Assembly: GCA_965214705.1 (NCBI GenBank)
Contig: CBDCCI010000002.1
Span: forward strand, 928,001-992,000
Source: Alphaproteobacteria bacterium
GTDB taxonomy: Bacteria > Pseudomonadota > Alphaproteobacteria > UBA828
Direction of reading: 5' to 3'
DNA length: 64,000 bases
Shown here: in pieces, positions 32,091-42,572 of the stretch
How the letters are laid out: every line of letters begins with the position of its first letter
How positions within the stretch are numbered: position 1 is the stretch's first letter
Made by a program: the position numbers and the translations under genes
The notes under the pieces: generated by a model
Seen by the model: the letters and a program-made list of their open reading frames with translations, nothing else
What the model was told of the DNA's origin: nothing
Database searches by the model: none

Positions 32091-33130
32091 ACCTCAGTCT
32101 CAACTCCGACGGGCTCACGGTGGGGCGGCTTTCGCCGACGCTCACCGGGCCGATCGCGGCCGTCGCGATCATTGCGCTGGTCATCGGCATTCTGCCGCTG
32201 GTGATCTCCGACATCTTCATCCTGCTGCAGCTCACGCTCTTCATGGCCTACGGCATCCTCGCCATGAGCCTCGGCTGGGTCTGGGGCTACGGCGGCATCT
32301 TCAGCTTCGGTCAGGCCGCGTTCTATGGCCTCGGCGGTTACACCTACGCCGTGGTCTCCATCAACATGGGAGGCAGCACCACCGCGCTCTTCGCGGGCGT
32401 CGCCGTGCCCGCGGCCTTCGCGCTCTTCCTCGGCTACTTCATGTTCTACGGCCGCATCAGCACGGTCTACGTGGCGGTCATCACCCTCGTCGTGTCGCTG
32501 ATCTTCTACAAGTTCCTGGGCCACACGGCGGGTTACGAATACACCATCGGCACCGCCCATCTCGGCGGCTTTAACGGCATGCCCGCGCTTCCCCCCATCA
32601 ACACGCCGGGCAATCCCATGAGCATCATCTGGCCCGAGGACATGTTCGTCATCACCGGGATCTGCCTGCTGCTGGTGTATGTCGGCCTGCGATGCGCCAT
32701 GCATTCCAGCTTCGGCCGCGCGGTCGCGGCGATGCGGGAGAACGAACTCCGGGCCGAGCTGCTCGGCTACGACACGCGGCTCTACAAGATGGCCGTCTTC
32801 GGGATCGGCGGCGCCGTGGCCGGCCTCGCGGGCGTGCTCTACGCCAACTGGAACTCCTACGTGAGCCCCACCGTGTTCGACCTGGGCTTCAGCGCGCAGA
32901 TCATCATCTGGGTGGTGGTCGGCGGACTCGGCACCCTGGTGGGGCCGCTGGTGGGCGCCATGGCTTTGGGCTTCGTCACCATCGAGCTCGGCACGCAGCA
33001 GACCGTGGACGTCAACCTGATCCTCGGCGTCATCCTCGTGGTCTTTGTGCTGGCGGTGCCGGAGGGCGTCACCGCCCAGGCCCGTGCCCTCTATGGCCGC
33101 CTGATGGACCGGGTCCAGGCCAGGGCCTGA
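32081..33130 (+). CDS. ABC permease (UrtC-like)
   Basis: WGYGGIFSFGQAAFYGLGGY, RENELRAELLGYD, VGGLGTLVGP. Confidence 0.88.
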   Translation: MALNLSLNSDGLTVGRLSPTLTGPIAAVAIIALVIGILPLVISDIFILLQLTLFMAYGILAMSLGWVWGYGGIFSFGQAAFYGLGGYTYAVVSINMGGSTTALFAGVAVPAAFALFLGYFMFYGRISTVYVAVITLVVSLIFYKFLGHTAGYEYTIGTAHLGGFNGMPALPPINTPGNPMSIIWPEDMFVITGICLLLVYVGLRCAMHSSFGRAVAAMRENELRAELLGYDTRLYKMAVFGIGGAVAGLAGVLYANWNSYVSPTVFDLGFSAQIIIWVVVGGLGTLVGPLVGAMALGFVTIELGTQQTVDVNLILGVILVVFVLAVPEGVTAQARALYGRLMDRVQARA

Positions 33131-33136
33131 GTAGCT

Positions 33137-34129
33137 CTATTCTGCCGCCTGCGTGGCGGGGCCGGCCTCCAGCCGGGCGATGGCGCGGGCATAGACGCCG
33201 GGGTCCACGTTGCCGCCCGAGAGGATCAGCCCGACCTTCTTCCCGGCCATCGCTTCCCGCTCCTGCATCAGCGCCGCGAGCGGGGATGCGCCCGCTCCCT
33301 CGGCGAGGTTGTGCGTGTCGGCGTGATAGGCGGCGATGGCGTCCAGCATCTGGTCGTCGGAGACGCTGACGATGCGCGCACAGCCGGCGAGGATCAGGTC
33401 GAGGCCCTGGGGCGAAGGCTCGCGGGTCGCGATGCCGTCGCCCACCACGGTCGTGGCCCGGTTGATCGAGACCGGCCGCCTTGCCTCGTAGCTGAGCGCG
33501 TAGCAGTTGGCGCCTTCGGCGACCACGCCGATGATCTCGGTCTTGAGTCCGAGCGCATCGCGCACTCCCATCAGCCCGCAGATGCCGGAGCCGAGCCCCA
33601 CCGGCACGTAGACCGCGTCGAGATCGGGCGCCGCGGTGAAGAGCTCCAGCGCATAGGTGCCGACGCCCCGGATGAGGCGCTCGTCGAAGGAGGGGACCAT
33701 GACCAGGTTCCGCTCGGCCGCGAGCGCCTGGGCGTGCTCGTAGGCGGCCTCGAAGTCGGCGCCGTGCACCACCAGCTCGCCGCCAAAGGCGCGCATCGCC
33801 GCGTTCTTGCCTGCCGCGTTGCCCTCCGGCACCACCAGCGTCGCGGCGAGGCCGAGGCGGGTCGCGGCGTAGGCGATGCTCTGGCCGTGATTGCCCCTGG
33901 TGGCGGCGATGACGCCGGCGACCGGACCGTGCCGGCGTAGATCGTCCATGTAGACGAGGCCGCCCCGCACCTTGAAGGCGCAGATCGGGGTGTGGTTCTC
34001 GTGCTTGACCCAGACCTCGGCCCCGGTGCGCTCGGCCAGCAGCGGCCACGGGATTTGCGGCGTGGGGTCGAGGGTCTCGTGGACGAAGGCGGCGGCCTCT
34101 TGGAATTCGGCCAGCGTGGGCAGGCGCAT
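33137..34129 (-). CDS. Threonine/serine dehydratase family PLP enzyme
   Basis: KHENHTPICAFKVRGG, ATRGNHGQS, PVGLGSG, LSGGN. Confidence 0.9.
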   Translation of the reverse strand: MRLPTLAEFQEAAAFVHETLDPTPQIPWPLLAERTGAEVWVKHENHTPICAFKVRGGLVYMDDLRRHGPVAGVIAATRGNHGQSIAYAATRLGLAATLVVPEGNAAGKNAAMRAFGGELVVHGADFEAAYEHAQALAAERNLVMVPSFDERLIRGVGTYALELFTAAPDLDAVYVPVGLGSGICGLMGVRDALGLKTEIIGVVAEGANCYALSYEARRPVSINRATTVVGDGIATREPSPQGLDLILAGCARIVSVSDDQMLDAIAAYHADTHNLAEGAGASPLAALMQEREAMAGKKVGLILSGGNVDPGVYARAIARLEAGPATQAAE

Positions 34130-34382
34130 GGCGGTGCTCCCCTGGGTCGGTGGCGGCGCACTATAGCAGGCGCGCACGACCTTTCAGGCGTGCGCGACGG
34201 CAGGTGCGCGACAGCGGGTGCGCGATCCTGTCGGGATGGCAGGCCCCGGCCACCGCCCTGCATCGCGTTCCCCCGCCTCATCCTGGCCCTCTCCGATCGC
34301 CGGGCCGGAGAGCTGCCGCGGCCGGGTTCTGTGGCCGGCCCCGTGCTTGCAGGCTATTGTTCCTACGGGAGACAGGGAAGGT

Positions 34383-34727
34383 ATGGCGATGGAGGTGACC
34401 AGCGAAAGGCGGGACGGTGTCCTGTGGTTCTCCGTGAGCGGGCGCATCACTATCCTCAATGCCGCGCAGTTCGAGGAGACGGTCGCAGACGCTATCGAGG
34501 ATGGCGACCGGGCGGTGATTATCGACCTTGAGAACCTGGTCTACATCAGCAGTGCGGGCCTTTACGCCGTCCTCAGGGTCGCAAAGAGCTTGTGGCAACG
34601 CGATGCGGCATTCGCCCTATGCGCACTGTCGGATTCCGTCCATCTGGTTTTCGAGAGAGTAGGGTTCGCCAAAATTATGGCAATCCGTTCGACCAGGGCC
34701 GAGGCACTGGCATCTCTCGAAGGCTGA
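34383..34727 (+). CDS. STAS domain anti-sigma-factor antagonist
   Basis: IIDLENLVYISSAGL with phosphorylatable Ser. Confidence 0.88.
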   Translation: MAMEVTSERRDGVLWFSVSGRITILNAAQFEETVADAIEDGDRAVIIDLENLVYISSAGLYAVLRVAKSLWQRDAAFALCALSDSVHLVFERVGFAKIMAIRSTRAEALASLEG

Positions 34728-34875
34728 ATCAGCAGCCCGGCCCCGTCTCGCGCGGCTCCGAGGGAGGCACCGCCGCGCCCCAATTTGCCGCGCCCGCGAC
34801 CCTTCGGGCGCGGGCGATTGGTTGCATCGCGGATAGCGGCCTGTACCTTGGCGGAGCCATTTAGCGAGAGGGGCG

Positions 34876-36480
34876 ATGGAGGTTCTGCGCTCGACGGTCG
34901 ATCCGGCCTCGGACAAGTTCAGGAGCAACGAGGCGGCCATGCGGGCGCTGGTGGACGACCTCGCCACGCGCCACGCGCGGGTGCTGGAGGGCGGCCCTCC
35001 CCAGGCCCGCGAGCGGCACCGGGAGCGGGGCAAGATGCTACTGCGCGAACGGGTGACGGCGCTGATCGACCAGGGCTCGCCCTTCCTGGAGCTCTCGGCG
35101 CTGGCGGCGGACGGGCTCTACGGCACGGATGTTCCGGCCGCCGGCATCATCACCGGGATCGGGCGCATCGAGGGGCGCGAGTGCGTCGTGATCGCCAACG
35201 ACGCGACGGTGAAGGGCGGCACCTACTACCCGATGACCGTCAAGAAGCACATCCGCGCCCAGGAGATCGCCGAGGAGAACCGGCTGCCCTGCGTCTATCT
35301 GGTGGATTCCGGCGGCGCCAACCTGCCGCACCAGGACGAGGTGTTCCCCGACCGCGAGCACTTCGGGCGCATCTTCTACAACCAGGCGCGCATGTCGGCG
35401 AAGGGCATCGCGCAAGTCGCCGTGGTGATGGGGTCGTGCACGGCGGGCGGGGCCTACGTGCCGGCGATGTCCGACGAGACCGTCATCGTCAAGGAGCAGG
35501 GCACGATCTTCCTGGGCGGCCCGCCCCTGGTGAAGGCCGCGACCGGAGAGGAGGTGAGCGCCGAGGAGCTGGGCGGCGCCGACGTGCACACGCGGCTTTC
35601 GGGCGTTGCCGACCACATGGCGGCGGACGACGCCGACGCGATCCGCCGGGCGCGGGCCATCGTCGCTCGGCTGGATGCCACGCCGCCGGGGGCACCGCCC
35701 GCACCAGCGGCCGAGCCTGCCTACGACCCCGCCGAGATCTACGGCGTCGTGCCGCAATCGCTGCGCACCATGTTCAACGTGCGCGAGGTGATCGCGCGCA
35801 TCGCGGACGGCAGCGCCTTCGACGAGTTCAAGGCCCGCTACGGCGCCACCCTGGTGACCGGCTTCGCGCACATCGGCGGGCACCTTGTCGGCATCCTCGC
35901 CAACAACGGCATCCTCTTCTCGGAATCCTCGCTCAAGGGCGCGCACTTCATCGAGCTCTGCTGCCAGCGCGGCATCCCGCTGCTGTTCCTGCAGAACATC
36001 GTGGGCTTCATGGTGGGCAAGCGCTACGAGCAAGGCGGCATCGCCAAGGACGGGGCCAAGCTGGTCACCGCGGTCTCGTGCGCGGCCGTGCCCAAGCTCA
36101 CGGTCATCATCGGCGGCAGCTACGGCGCCGGGAACTACGGCATGTGCGGGCGCGCCTTCGGGCCGCGCTTCCTCTGGATGTGGCCCAATGCGCGCATCTC
36201 GGTGATGGGGGGCGAGCAGGCGGCGAGCGTGCTCGCCCGTATTCGGCGTGACCGGATCGAGGCCGGCGGCGACGAATGGAGCGAGGACGAGGAGGCCGCG
36301 TTCAAGGCGCCGATCCTCTCGCAGTACGAGGAGCAGGGGAATCCCTACTACGCCGCAGCCCGGCTCTGGCACGACGGGGTGATCGACCCGGCCGAGACGC
36401 GGCAGGTGCTGGCGCGCGCTCTCGGCATCGTCGCGGGCGGGCCGGCCGAGGCCACGCGCTTCGGCGTCTTCAGGATGTAG
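34876..36480 (+). CDS. mccB: 3-methylcrotonyl-CoA carboxylase beta subunit (carboxyltransferase)
   Basis: [46 protein letters not shown] end. Confidence 0.9.
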   Translation: MEVLRSTVDPASDKFRSNEAAMRALVDDLATRHARVLEGGPPQARERHRERGKMLLRERVTALIDQGSPFLELSALAADGLYGTDVPAAGIITGIGRIEGRECVVIANDATVKGGTYYPMTVKKHIRAQEIAEENRLPCVYLVDSGGANLPHQDEVFPDREHFGRIFYNQARMSAKGIAQVAVVMGSCTAGGAYVPAMSDETVIVKEQGTIFLGGPPLVKAATGEEVSAEELGGADVHTRLSGVADHMAADDADAIRRARAIVARLDATPPGAPPAPAAEPAYDPAEIYGVVPQSLRTMFNVREVIARIADGSAFDEFKARYGATLVTGFAHIGGHLVGILANNGILFSESSLKGAHFIELCCQRGIPLLFLQNIVGFMVGKRYEQGGIAKDGAKLVTAVSCAAVPKLTVIIGGSYGAGNYGMCGRAFGPRFLWMWPNARISVMGGEQAASVLARIRRDRIEAGGDEWSEDEEAAFKAPILSQYEEQGNPYYAAARLWHDGVIDPAETRQVLARALGIVAGGPAEATRFGVFRM

Positions 36481-36496
36481 CGGGGGGCGCAGGGCC

Positions 36497-37282
36497 ATGG
36501 CCGACGATACCGTGCTGGTCGGATTCGAGGGCGCCGTCGCCACGGTCACGCTCAACCGACCCAAAGCGCACAACGCCTTCGACGACGCGCTGGTCGCCCT
36601 GCTCACGAGCACGCTGGAGGGGCTGGGCGCGCGTTACGACGTGCGCGTGGTCGTCCTCACCGGGCGCGGCAAGTCCTTCAGTGCCGGCGCCGACCTGGCG
36701 TACATGAAGCGGGCCGCGGGCTTCTCGGAGGCGGAAAACATTGTCGACGCCCGCGCGGTCGCACGCCTCCTCATGGTGCTGGGCGGCCTGCCCAAGCCCA
36801 CGGTGGCGCTGGTGCAGGGGCCGGCCTACGGCGGCGGCGTCGGCCTGGTCAGCGCCTGCGATATCGCCATCTCGGCGGAGGGCGCATCGTTCGCATTGAC
36901 CGAGGTGCGCCTCGGGCTGATTCCCGCCGTGATCAGCCCGTTCGTGGTCCGCGCCATCGGCGACTCCTGGAGCCGGCGCTACATGCTCACGGGCGAGCGC
37001 TTCGATGCTGAGACCGCGCTCCGGATCGGGCTGGTGCACGAGGTGGTGCCCGCCAAGGCACTCGAAGAGCGCGGCGCGGAGATAGTTCAGACCCTCCTGC
37101 GATGTTCGCCCGACGCGCAACGCCGGGCGAAGTCGCTGATCGACGCGGTCTCGGGCCGGCCGATCGACGATGCTCTGGCCGACGATGTCGCGCGCCGCAT
37201 CGCCTCCGCCCGGGCCTCGGAGGACGGGAAGGAGGGGATCGCCGCTTTCCTGGAGAAGCGGCCGCCCAGGTGGTGGGACTGA
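36497..37282 (+). CDS. Enoyl-CoA hydratase family, probably methylglutaconyl-CoA hydratase (LiuC-like)
   Basis: FSAGADL, GGGVGLVSACD, TEVRLGLIPAVISP; follows mccB. Confidence 0.85.
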   Translation: MADDTVLVGFEGAVATVTLNRPKAHNAFDDALVALLTSTLEGLGARYDVRVVVLTGRGKSFSAGADLAYMKRAAGFSEAENIVDARAVARLLMVLGGLPKPTVALVQGPAYGGGVGLVSACDIAISAEGASFALTEVRLGLIPAVISPFVVRAIGDSWSRRYMLTGERFDAETALRIGLVHEVVPAKALEERGAEIVQTLLRCSPDAQRRAKSLIDAVSGRPIDDALADDVARRIASARASEDGKEGIAAFLEKRPPRWWD

Positions 37283-37331
37283 ACCTGCAAGAGCCAGATT
37301 CCGCGCGCGTCAGGCTTCGCGGACGCGCGAC

Positions 37332-37763
37332 GTGGCGCTGCACCTGCTGAAGCTCGCCGTCGGTATCGACGGGGTGGACCATCTGCGTGCGGTCCAGGCG
37401 GCGCGGCTTGAGCGGCTCGGCCGGCTGATTCACGTCACCCGCTTCACGCCGCGCCGGGCCGAGGAAATCCTGGCGGGCGGTTCGATGTACTGGGTCGTCA
37501 GGCACCGCATCCGCGTGCGCCAGCGCATCCTGCGCTTCGACCGGCACGAGACCAAGGCGGGCGGCAAGCCCAAGTGCGCGATCGTGCTCGATCCCGAGCT
37601 GATCGCCACCGACCCGGTGCACCGGCGCCCGCACCAGGGCTGGCGCTATCTGGAGGGCACCGCTGCACCACGCGACCTCGGCCCGGTGGGAACGGTCGAG
37701 ATACCCGAGGACGCCTTCCCGCCGGACATGGCGGCCGAACTCCGCGCCCTCGGTCTTCTCTGA
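37332..37763 (+). CDS. DUF1489 family protein
   Basis: LHLLKLAVG, GGSMYWV, QGWRYL, ELRALGLL; GTG start. Confidence 0.85.
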   Translation: MALHLLKLAVGIDGVDHLRAVQAARLERLGRLIHVTRFTPRRAEEILAGGSMYWVVRHRIRVRQRILRFDRHETKAGGKPKCAIVLDPELIATDPVHRRPHQGWRYLEGTAAPRDLGPVGTVEIPEDAFPPDMAAELRALGLL

Positions 37764-37820
37764 GCGCGGCCGGCGCGGGCCGTGCTAAGCTGGCGCGGAA
37801 GAGAGACGGAGGATGCGGTC

Positions 37821-38444
37821 ATGAGCGGGGCTGACTGGCACATCAAGGGCGACTACTTCGAGACCTGCAGCTGCGACTACCTCTGCCCCTGTATCTTCAC
37901 CAACATGACCGCGATGCCGACCGACGGCGTCTGCGAGGTCGCGATCGTGCTGGACATCGCGGAGGGGCACTACGGCGACACCCGCCTCGACGGCGTGGCC
38001 TTCGTCACCGCGGCGATGGTGGCCGGCCCGATGGGCGACGGCAACTGGACCGTGGGCCTGATCATCGACGAGGGGGCGAGCGACGCACAGGTGGACGCCA
38101 TCGGCCGCATCTGCTCTGGCGACGAGGGCGGTCCGATGGCGCTGATGGCGCCGCTCATCGGCACCTTCGCCGGCGTGGCGCGGGCGCCGATCAAGATCGA
38201 GCGGCGGAAGATGGGCTTCTCGATCACCGCCGGCGACCTGCTCAGCCACGGGGCCGAGGGCGTGCCCAGCCTGCCCGATCCCTCCGAGACCATCATGATC
38301 GACAACACCGGGCACCCCGCCAACAAACGCCTGCACCTCGCCGTCGGGACCCACAGCCACCTGAACGTCTTCGGCATCGAGTGGAACGACGCGGCGGGCG
38401 GCCACAACGGCCACTACGCCCCGTTCGACTGGCGTCCGAACTAG
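37821..38444 (+). CDS. DUF1326 family protein
   Basis: WHIKGDYFETCSCDYLCPC Cys motif. Confidence 0.85.
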   Translation: MSGADWHIKGDYFETCSCDYLCPCIFTNMTAMPTDGVCEVAIVLDIAEGHYGDTRLDGVAFVTAAMVAGPMGDGNWTVGLIIDEGASDAQVDAIGRICSGDEGGPMALMAPLIGTFAGVARAPIKIERRKMGFSITAGDLLSHGAEGVPSLPDPSETIMIDNTGHPANKRLHLAVGTHSHLNVFGIEWNDAAGGHNGHYAPFDWRPN

Positions 38445-38619
38445 CCCGCAATTCTCACCAAGGTCATGGACAGCGCCGCCCTTCGGGTCGCGCCCAGGCG
38501 CCCGCCCGCGTCGTCGCGGGCCTCAACCGTAGTCCCCGCTACGCTTTTCGGCCCGCTCCTGGCGGATCAAACGCCTGGGTGCGACGCAGGCCGTGACCTT
38601 GGTGAGAATTGCGGGCTGG
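38441..38619. mobile_element. Palindromic MITE-like element (~180 bp)
   Basis: 29-bp terminal inverted repeats (38441-69 vs 38591-619, 2 mismatches) with nested internal stems. Confidence 0.8.
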
Positions 38620-39321
38620 CCGTCGGACCGTAAGTCGGTCCCGAATTTTGGTGCCGCGGCCCGGTCATCGACGGCCGGGCCCGAACGCCCTGGCGCGGGC
38701 GTGACTGAGGCAGACATCATTGTCGTGGGCGCCGGGTCGGCAGGCTGCGTGCTTGCCGCGAGGCTTACCGAGCGGCCAGACCTCCGCGTTCTCTTGCTGG
38801 AGGCGGGCGGAGAACCCGAGAACCCCGACATCTCCGATCCTGCCGCCTGGCCAATTCTACAAGGCTCCGAGATCGACTGGAATTTCGAGACCGTGCCGCA
38901 GCACTCCATGGCAGGACGCGCACATCCCTGGCCGCGCGGGCGCGTGGTGGGCGGGACGAGCGCGATGAATGCCATGGGTCATGTGCGCGGCCACCCCAGA
39001 GACTTCGACAAGTGGGCCGAGGCCGGCGCTACGGGATGGAACTGGGCCGCGCTGCAGCCCTACTTCACTCGTTCGGAAACCTCGCCCTTCGCCCCCGAAG
39101 AGGGTTATGGCGGAGGGGGTCCCGTGCGACTTTGCCAGCCCGCCAGACCGCACCCGCTCACCCGTGCTCACTGCTCGGCCGGAAGGGAGCTCGGGCTCCA
39201 TCCCATCCGCGACCACAACGGGCGGGACCTGGCGGGACCGACGCTCAATACGCTCACGATTGTGGATGGTCGGCGGCAGAGTGTGGCCGATGCCTACTTG
39301 AGCCAGACCGTTCGCGCGAGA

Positions 39322-41481
39322 CCCAAGTTGGCACTTTTTCCGACCAGCCGAGCCTGTTCGAGCCAGTTTTGCGGCGCTGAACCACTAGATGTTGGGGTTG
39401 GAGGACACCTGAGACCCACATTTGCCATTCGTGGTCCTGGAAGCCAATTGTGGGGCCAGGACTTTGGAGTTGAGTCGATATCCCTCTTGCCAGATGCCGC
39501 GAACGCCGTGTATGCGAAACAGGCATCGCAGAAACGGCGCCGCCATGTACATCAAGGCAACCAGGACACACACCGACAAGGCCGGCCAGCCGGTCCGAAG
39601 CCATCGCCTCGTGCTCGCCCAGCGCGTCGGCGACAAGGTGCGCCACAGGACGCTGCTCAATCTCGGCACCGACTATCCGGTGCCGCGCGAGAAGTGGAAG
39701 GCCGTCACCGAACTCGCCGAGGCGCTGCTTCACGGCAAGCCGCCGCTGTTCGAGGGCGAGGCGGATGTGCGGGCCGCAGCCGAGGACATCGTCGCCAAGC
39801 TCAGGGCCAGGGGGTTCCGCGTCGAGGCGATGCAGGAAGAGGCGCGCAAGCCCGACATCGCCACCGTCGACCTCGATACCCTGGAGCACGAGAACCCGCG
39901 CACGGTCGGCTGCGAGCGCCTGTGCCTCAAGGCCCTCGACGCCCTCGGCTTCGCCGAAATCCTCCACGGCCTCGACATCAAGGGCCGCGACGGGCGCATC
40001 GCCAGCGCGCTGATCGTCGCCAGGATGGTCCATCCCGCCAGCGAGCGTGATACCAGCCGCTGGCTCCGCCACGACAGCGCGGCCGCCGAGCTCCTGGGCC
40101 TGGAGGGCGACCGCAAGGCGCTGCGGCGCAAGACGCTCTACCGCATCGGCGACCTGCTCTGGCGCCACCGCGCCGCCATCCAGCGGGAGCTGTTCAACCG
40201 TGAGCGCGCACTGCTCGACCTGCCCGAGACGATCGCCTTCTACGATCTCACCAACGTCCACTACCACGGCCACACGGGCGGCGAGCTTCCCAGGTTCGGG
40301 CGCTCCAAGCAGAAGCGCGACGACTGTCCCCTCATCACGCTGGCGCTGGCGCTCGACGGCGCGGGCTTCCCGCGCAGTTGCGAGATCCTGCCGGGCAACG
40401 TGAGCGAGCCGGGCACGCTGCACGAGGCGCTGGCGCGGCTCGAGGCGGTGTGCGGCGGCACGGCGCCGAAGCCCACGGTGGTCATGGACGCGGGCATCGC
40501 CACCGAGAAAAACATCGCGTGGCTGGGCGAGCAGGGCTACGACTGGATCGCGGTCAGCCGCGGTGCCAGGCCTGCGCCGCCCGAGGGCGGACCCGAGGCC
40601 CTGCTGATCACCAGCGCGCGCCACGAGGTGCGGGCCTGGCGGCTTGCCAGCGAGGACGGCGAGGCGCGGCTCTACGTCGTCAGCGAGGGCAAGAAGAAGG
40701 CCGAGAACGCGATCATCGGCCTGAGGCGGAACCGCTTCGAGGCGGCGCTGGAAAGGCTCCACGGCGGCCTCCCGGTCAAGGGCCGCCTCAAGCGCTACGA
40801 CAAGGTGCTGGAGAGCATAGGCCGCCTCAAGCAGCGCTTCTCCGCCGTCGCCAGGCACTACGAGATCACGGTCGAGAGGGCGAAAACCGGCCCCAATGCC
40901 ACCGCCGTGCGCTTCAAGCGCAGGCCGCGATACGACGAGGCCGATGAGGGCGCCGGTGCCTATGTGCTGCGCACCAGCCACGTCGACTGGGACATCGAGA
41001 CGGTCCTGCGGACGTACTGGCGGATCACGGATATCGAGGCGACATTCCGGAGCCTGAAATCCGAGCTCGGCCTTCGCCCGATCTGGCACCAGCTCGACCG
41101 GCGCATCGCGGCCCACCTGCTGATCGCCGTGCTGGCCTACCACGCCGTGCATCTGATCCGTACCCGGCTGGCCGCGCGCGGCATCCACAAGTGCTGGGCG
41201 TCGATCCGCGAGAGCATGCGGACCTGGGTGCGGATCACCACGCGCCTGCGCCAGACCGACGGCACCTTGATCGTCAACCGCCAGGACACGCGCCCGGCCG
41301 CCGAGGTTGCCGCAATCTCCTCGGCGGCGGGCGTGGACCCCGCCATCCACCGCACGAGGACCCGTCTGATGAGCTGACAGAATCTCACAAAATGTGGGGC
41401 CATGTTGGAATCGACCGAGAAAAATATCGCGTTGAATCAAACCAATAGGGAACACAGGCAGCGGAAAAGTGCCAACTTGGG
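39322..41481 (+). mobile_element. Insertion sequence, IS1634 family, 2160 bp
   Basis: IRL CCCAAGTTGGCACTTTTTCCG, IRR CGGAAAAGTGCCAACTTGGG; flanking GAGA duplicated (39318-21, 41482-85). Confidence 0.93.
39545..41377 (+). CDS. IS1634-family DDE transposase
   Basis: FYDLTN, FGRSKQKR, VVMDAGI, YWRITDIEATFRSLKSELGLRPIWH. Confidence 0.92.
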   Translation: MYIKATRTHTDKAGQPVRSHRLVLAQRVGDKVRHRTLLNLGTDYPVPREKWKAVTELAEALLHGKPPLFEGEADVRAAAEDIVAKLRARGFRVEAMQEEARKPDIATVDLDTLEHENPRTVGCERLCLKALDALGFAEILHGLDIKGRDGRIASALIVARMVHPASERDTSRWLRHDSAAAELLGLEGDRKALRRKTLYRIGDLLWRHRAAIQRELFNRERALLDLPETIAFYDLTNVHYHGHTGGELPRFGRSKQKRDDCPLITLALALDGAGFPRSCEILPGNVSEPGTLHEALARLEAVCGGTAPKPTVVMDAGIATEKNIAWLGEQGYDWIAVSRGARPAPPEGGPEALLITSARHEVRAWRLASEDGEARLYVVSEGKKKAENAIIGLRRNRFEAALERLHGGLPVKGRLKRYDKVLESIGRLKQRFSAVARHYEITVERAKTGPNATAVRFKRRPRYDEADEGAGAYVLRTSHVDWDIETVLRTYWRITDIEATFRSLKSELGLRPIWHQLDRRIAAHLLIAVLAYHAVHLIRTRLAARGIHKCWASIRESMRTWVRITTRLRQTDGTLIVNRQDTRPAAEVAAISSAAGVDPAIHRTRTRLMS

Positions 41482-42572
41482 GAGAGCGAACCTTGATCTG
41501 CGCTCAGGCCTGCTCGTCGACCGGTTGGCCTTCGACGACAGCGGACGCGCAATTGGGGTCCACGCACTGGTGGGCGGCACGAGCCACCGCCTCGATGCCC
41601 GGCGCGCCGTTGTTCTGGCCGCCGGGGTCATCGGAACGCCTGCGATCCTGATGCGATCCGGTCTGGGCCCCGGCGCCCGGCTGGCGGCACTCGGCGTTGG
41701 CCTTCGGCGCGACATGCCCGACGTCGGGCAAAACCTGCAGGACCACCTGCTTGCCGCGGGCAATGTTTATCGCGCCCGCAGGCCGATTCCGCCGACCACG
41801 ACGCAACATTCGGAGGCGCTCACCTACATCCACGCACGTGGGCAGGTTCCCCAAGACGCGCCCGACCTAGTGGTGGCGTGCGTCACGCTCCCCGTGGTCT
41901 CCGAAGCGCTTGCGGGCAGGATTCGCGTGCCCGCCCCCGGTGAGGGATACACCTTGATGTTCGGCATCACGCACCCGCGCAGCCGGGGTCACCTGACCAT
42001 CGCCTCCGCAGACCCGCAGGCGAAGCCGGTCATCGATCCCGCCTATCTCACCGCAGCGGAGGACCGCTCGCTATTCCTCGAAGCGCTCGACTGGGCGCGG
42101 CGGCTGGGCGCAGCTGACGCCTACGCGCCGTGGTGCGGCGAAGAACTATTGCCGCAGCCCAGCGATCTCGCGAGCCAGGATGCGCGATCGGCATTCATCG
42201 AGCGCGCCGCCTTCACGCATCACCATCCGATCGGAACGTGCAGGATGGGAACGGACCCTGATGCCGTTGTCCGCCCCGACCTTTCAGCCGCAGGCGTACC
42301 GGGGCTCTATATCGTTGACGGCTCTGTCCTTCCGAGCCTGACGACGGGCCCGGTCAACGCGGCTATCGTCGCGGTCGCGGAACGGGCCAGCGATCTTCTT
42401 TCCGCCCGTTGACCGGACCCGCGGGGAGCCTGAGCGGAGAACACGGAGACTCTTGCCCGTCAAGCGGCGGCCGGTCCCGGCTCCTTCGCGGCGCCCGCCA
42501 CCGCCGCCCGCGTGACACGGTTGGCGTTCTCTATAGACTTCGCCCCGCTACGGCGCAGCGGGAAGGACGGCG

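Larger units (their letters stand above)
38701..42412 (+). pseudogene. GMC oxidoreductase, pyridoxine 4-oxidase-like, split by IS (38701-39321 + 41486-42412)
   Basis: GAGSAG, NPDISDPAAWPILQG, NLQDHLLAAGN, FGITHP, THHHPIGTCRMG; halves rejoin in frame (..TVRAR|ANLDL..) giving 515 aa. Confidence 0.88.

Noticed and set aside
38593-40050. 485-aa ORF that looks like a GMC fusion protein
   Set aside because: It is the oxidase N-terminal half reading through into IS sequence in a non-transposase frame.
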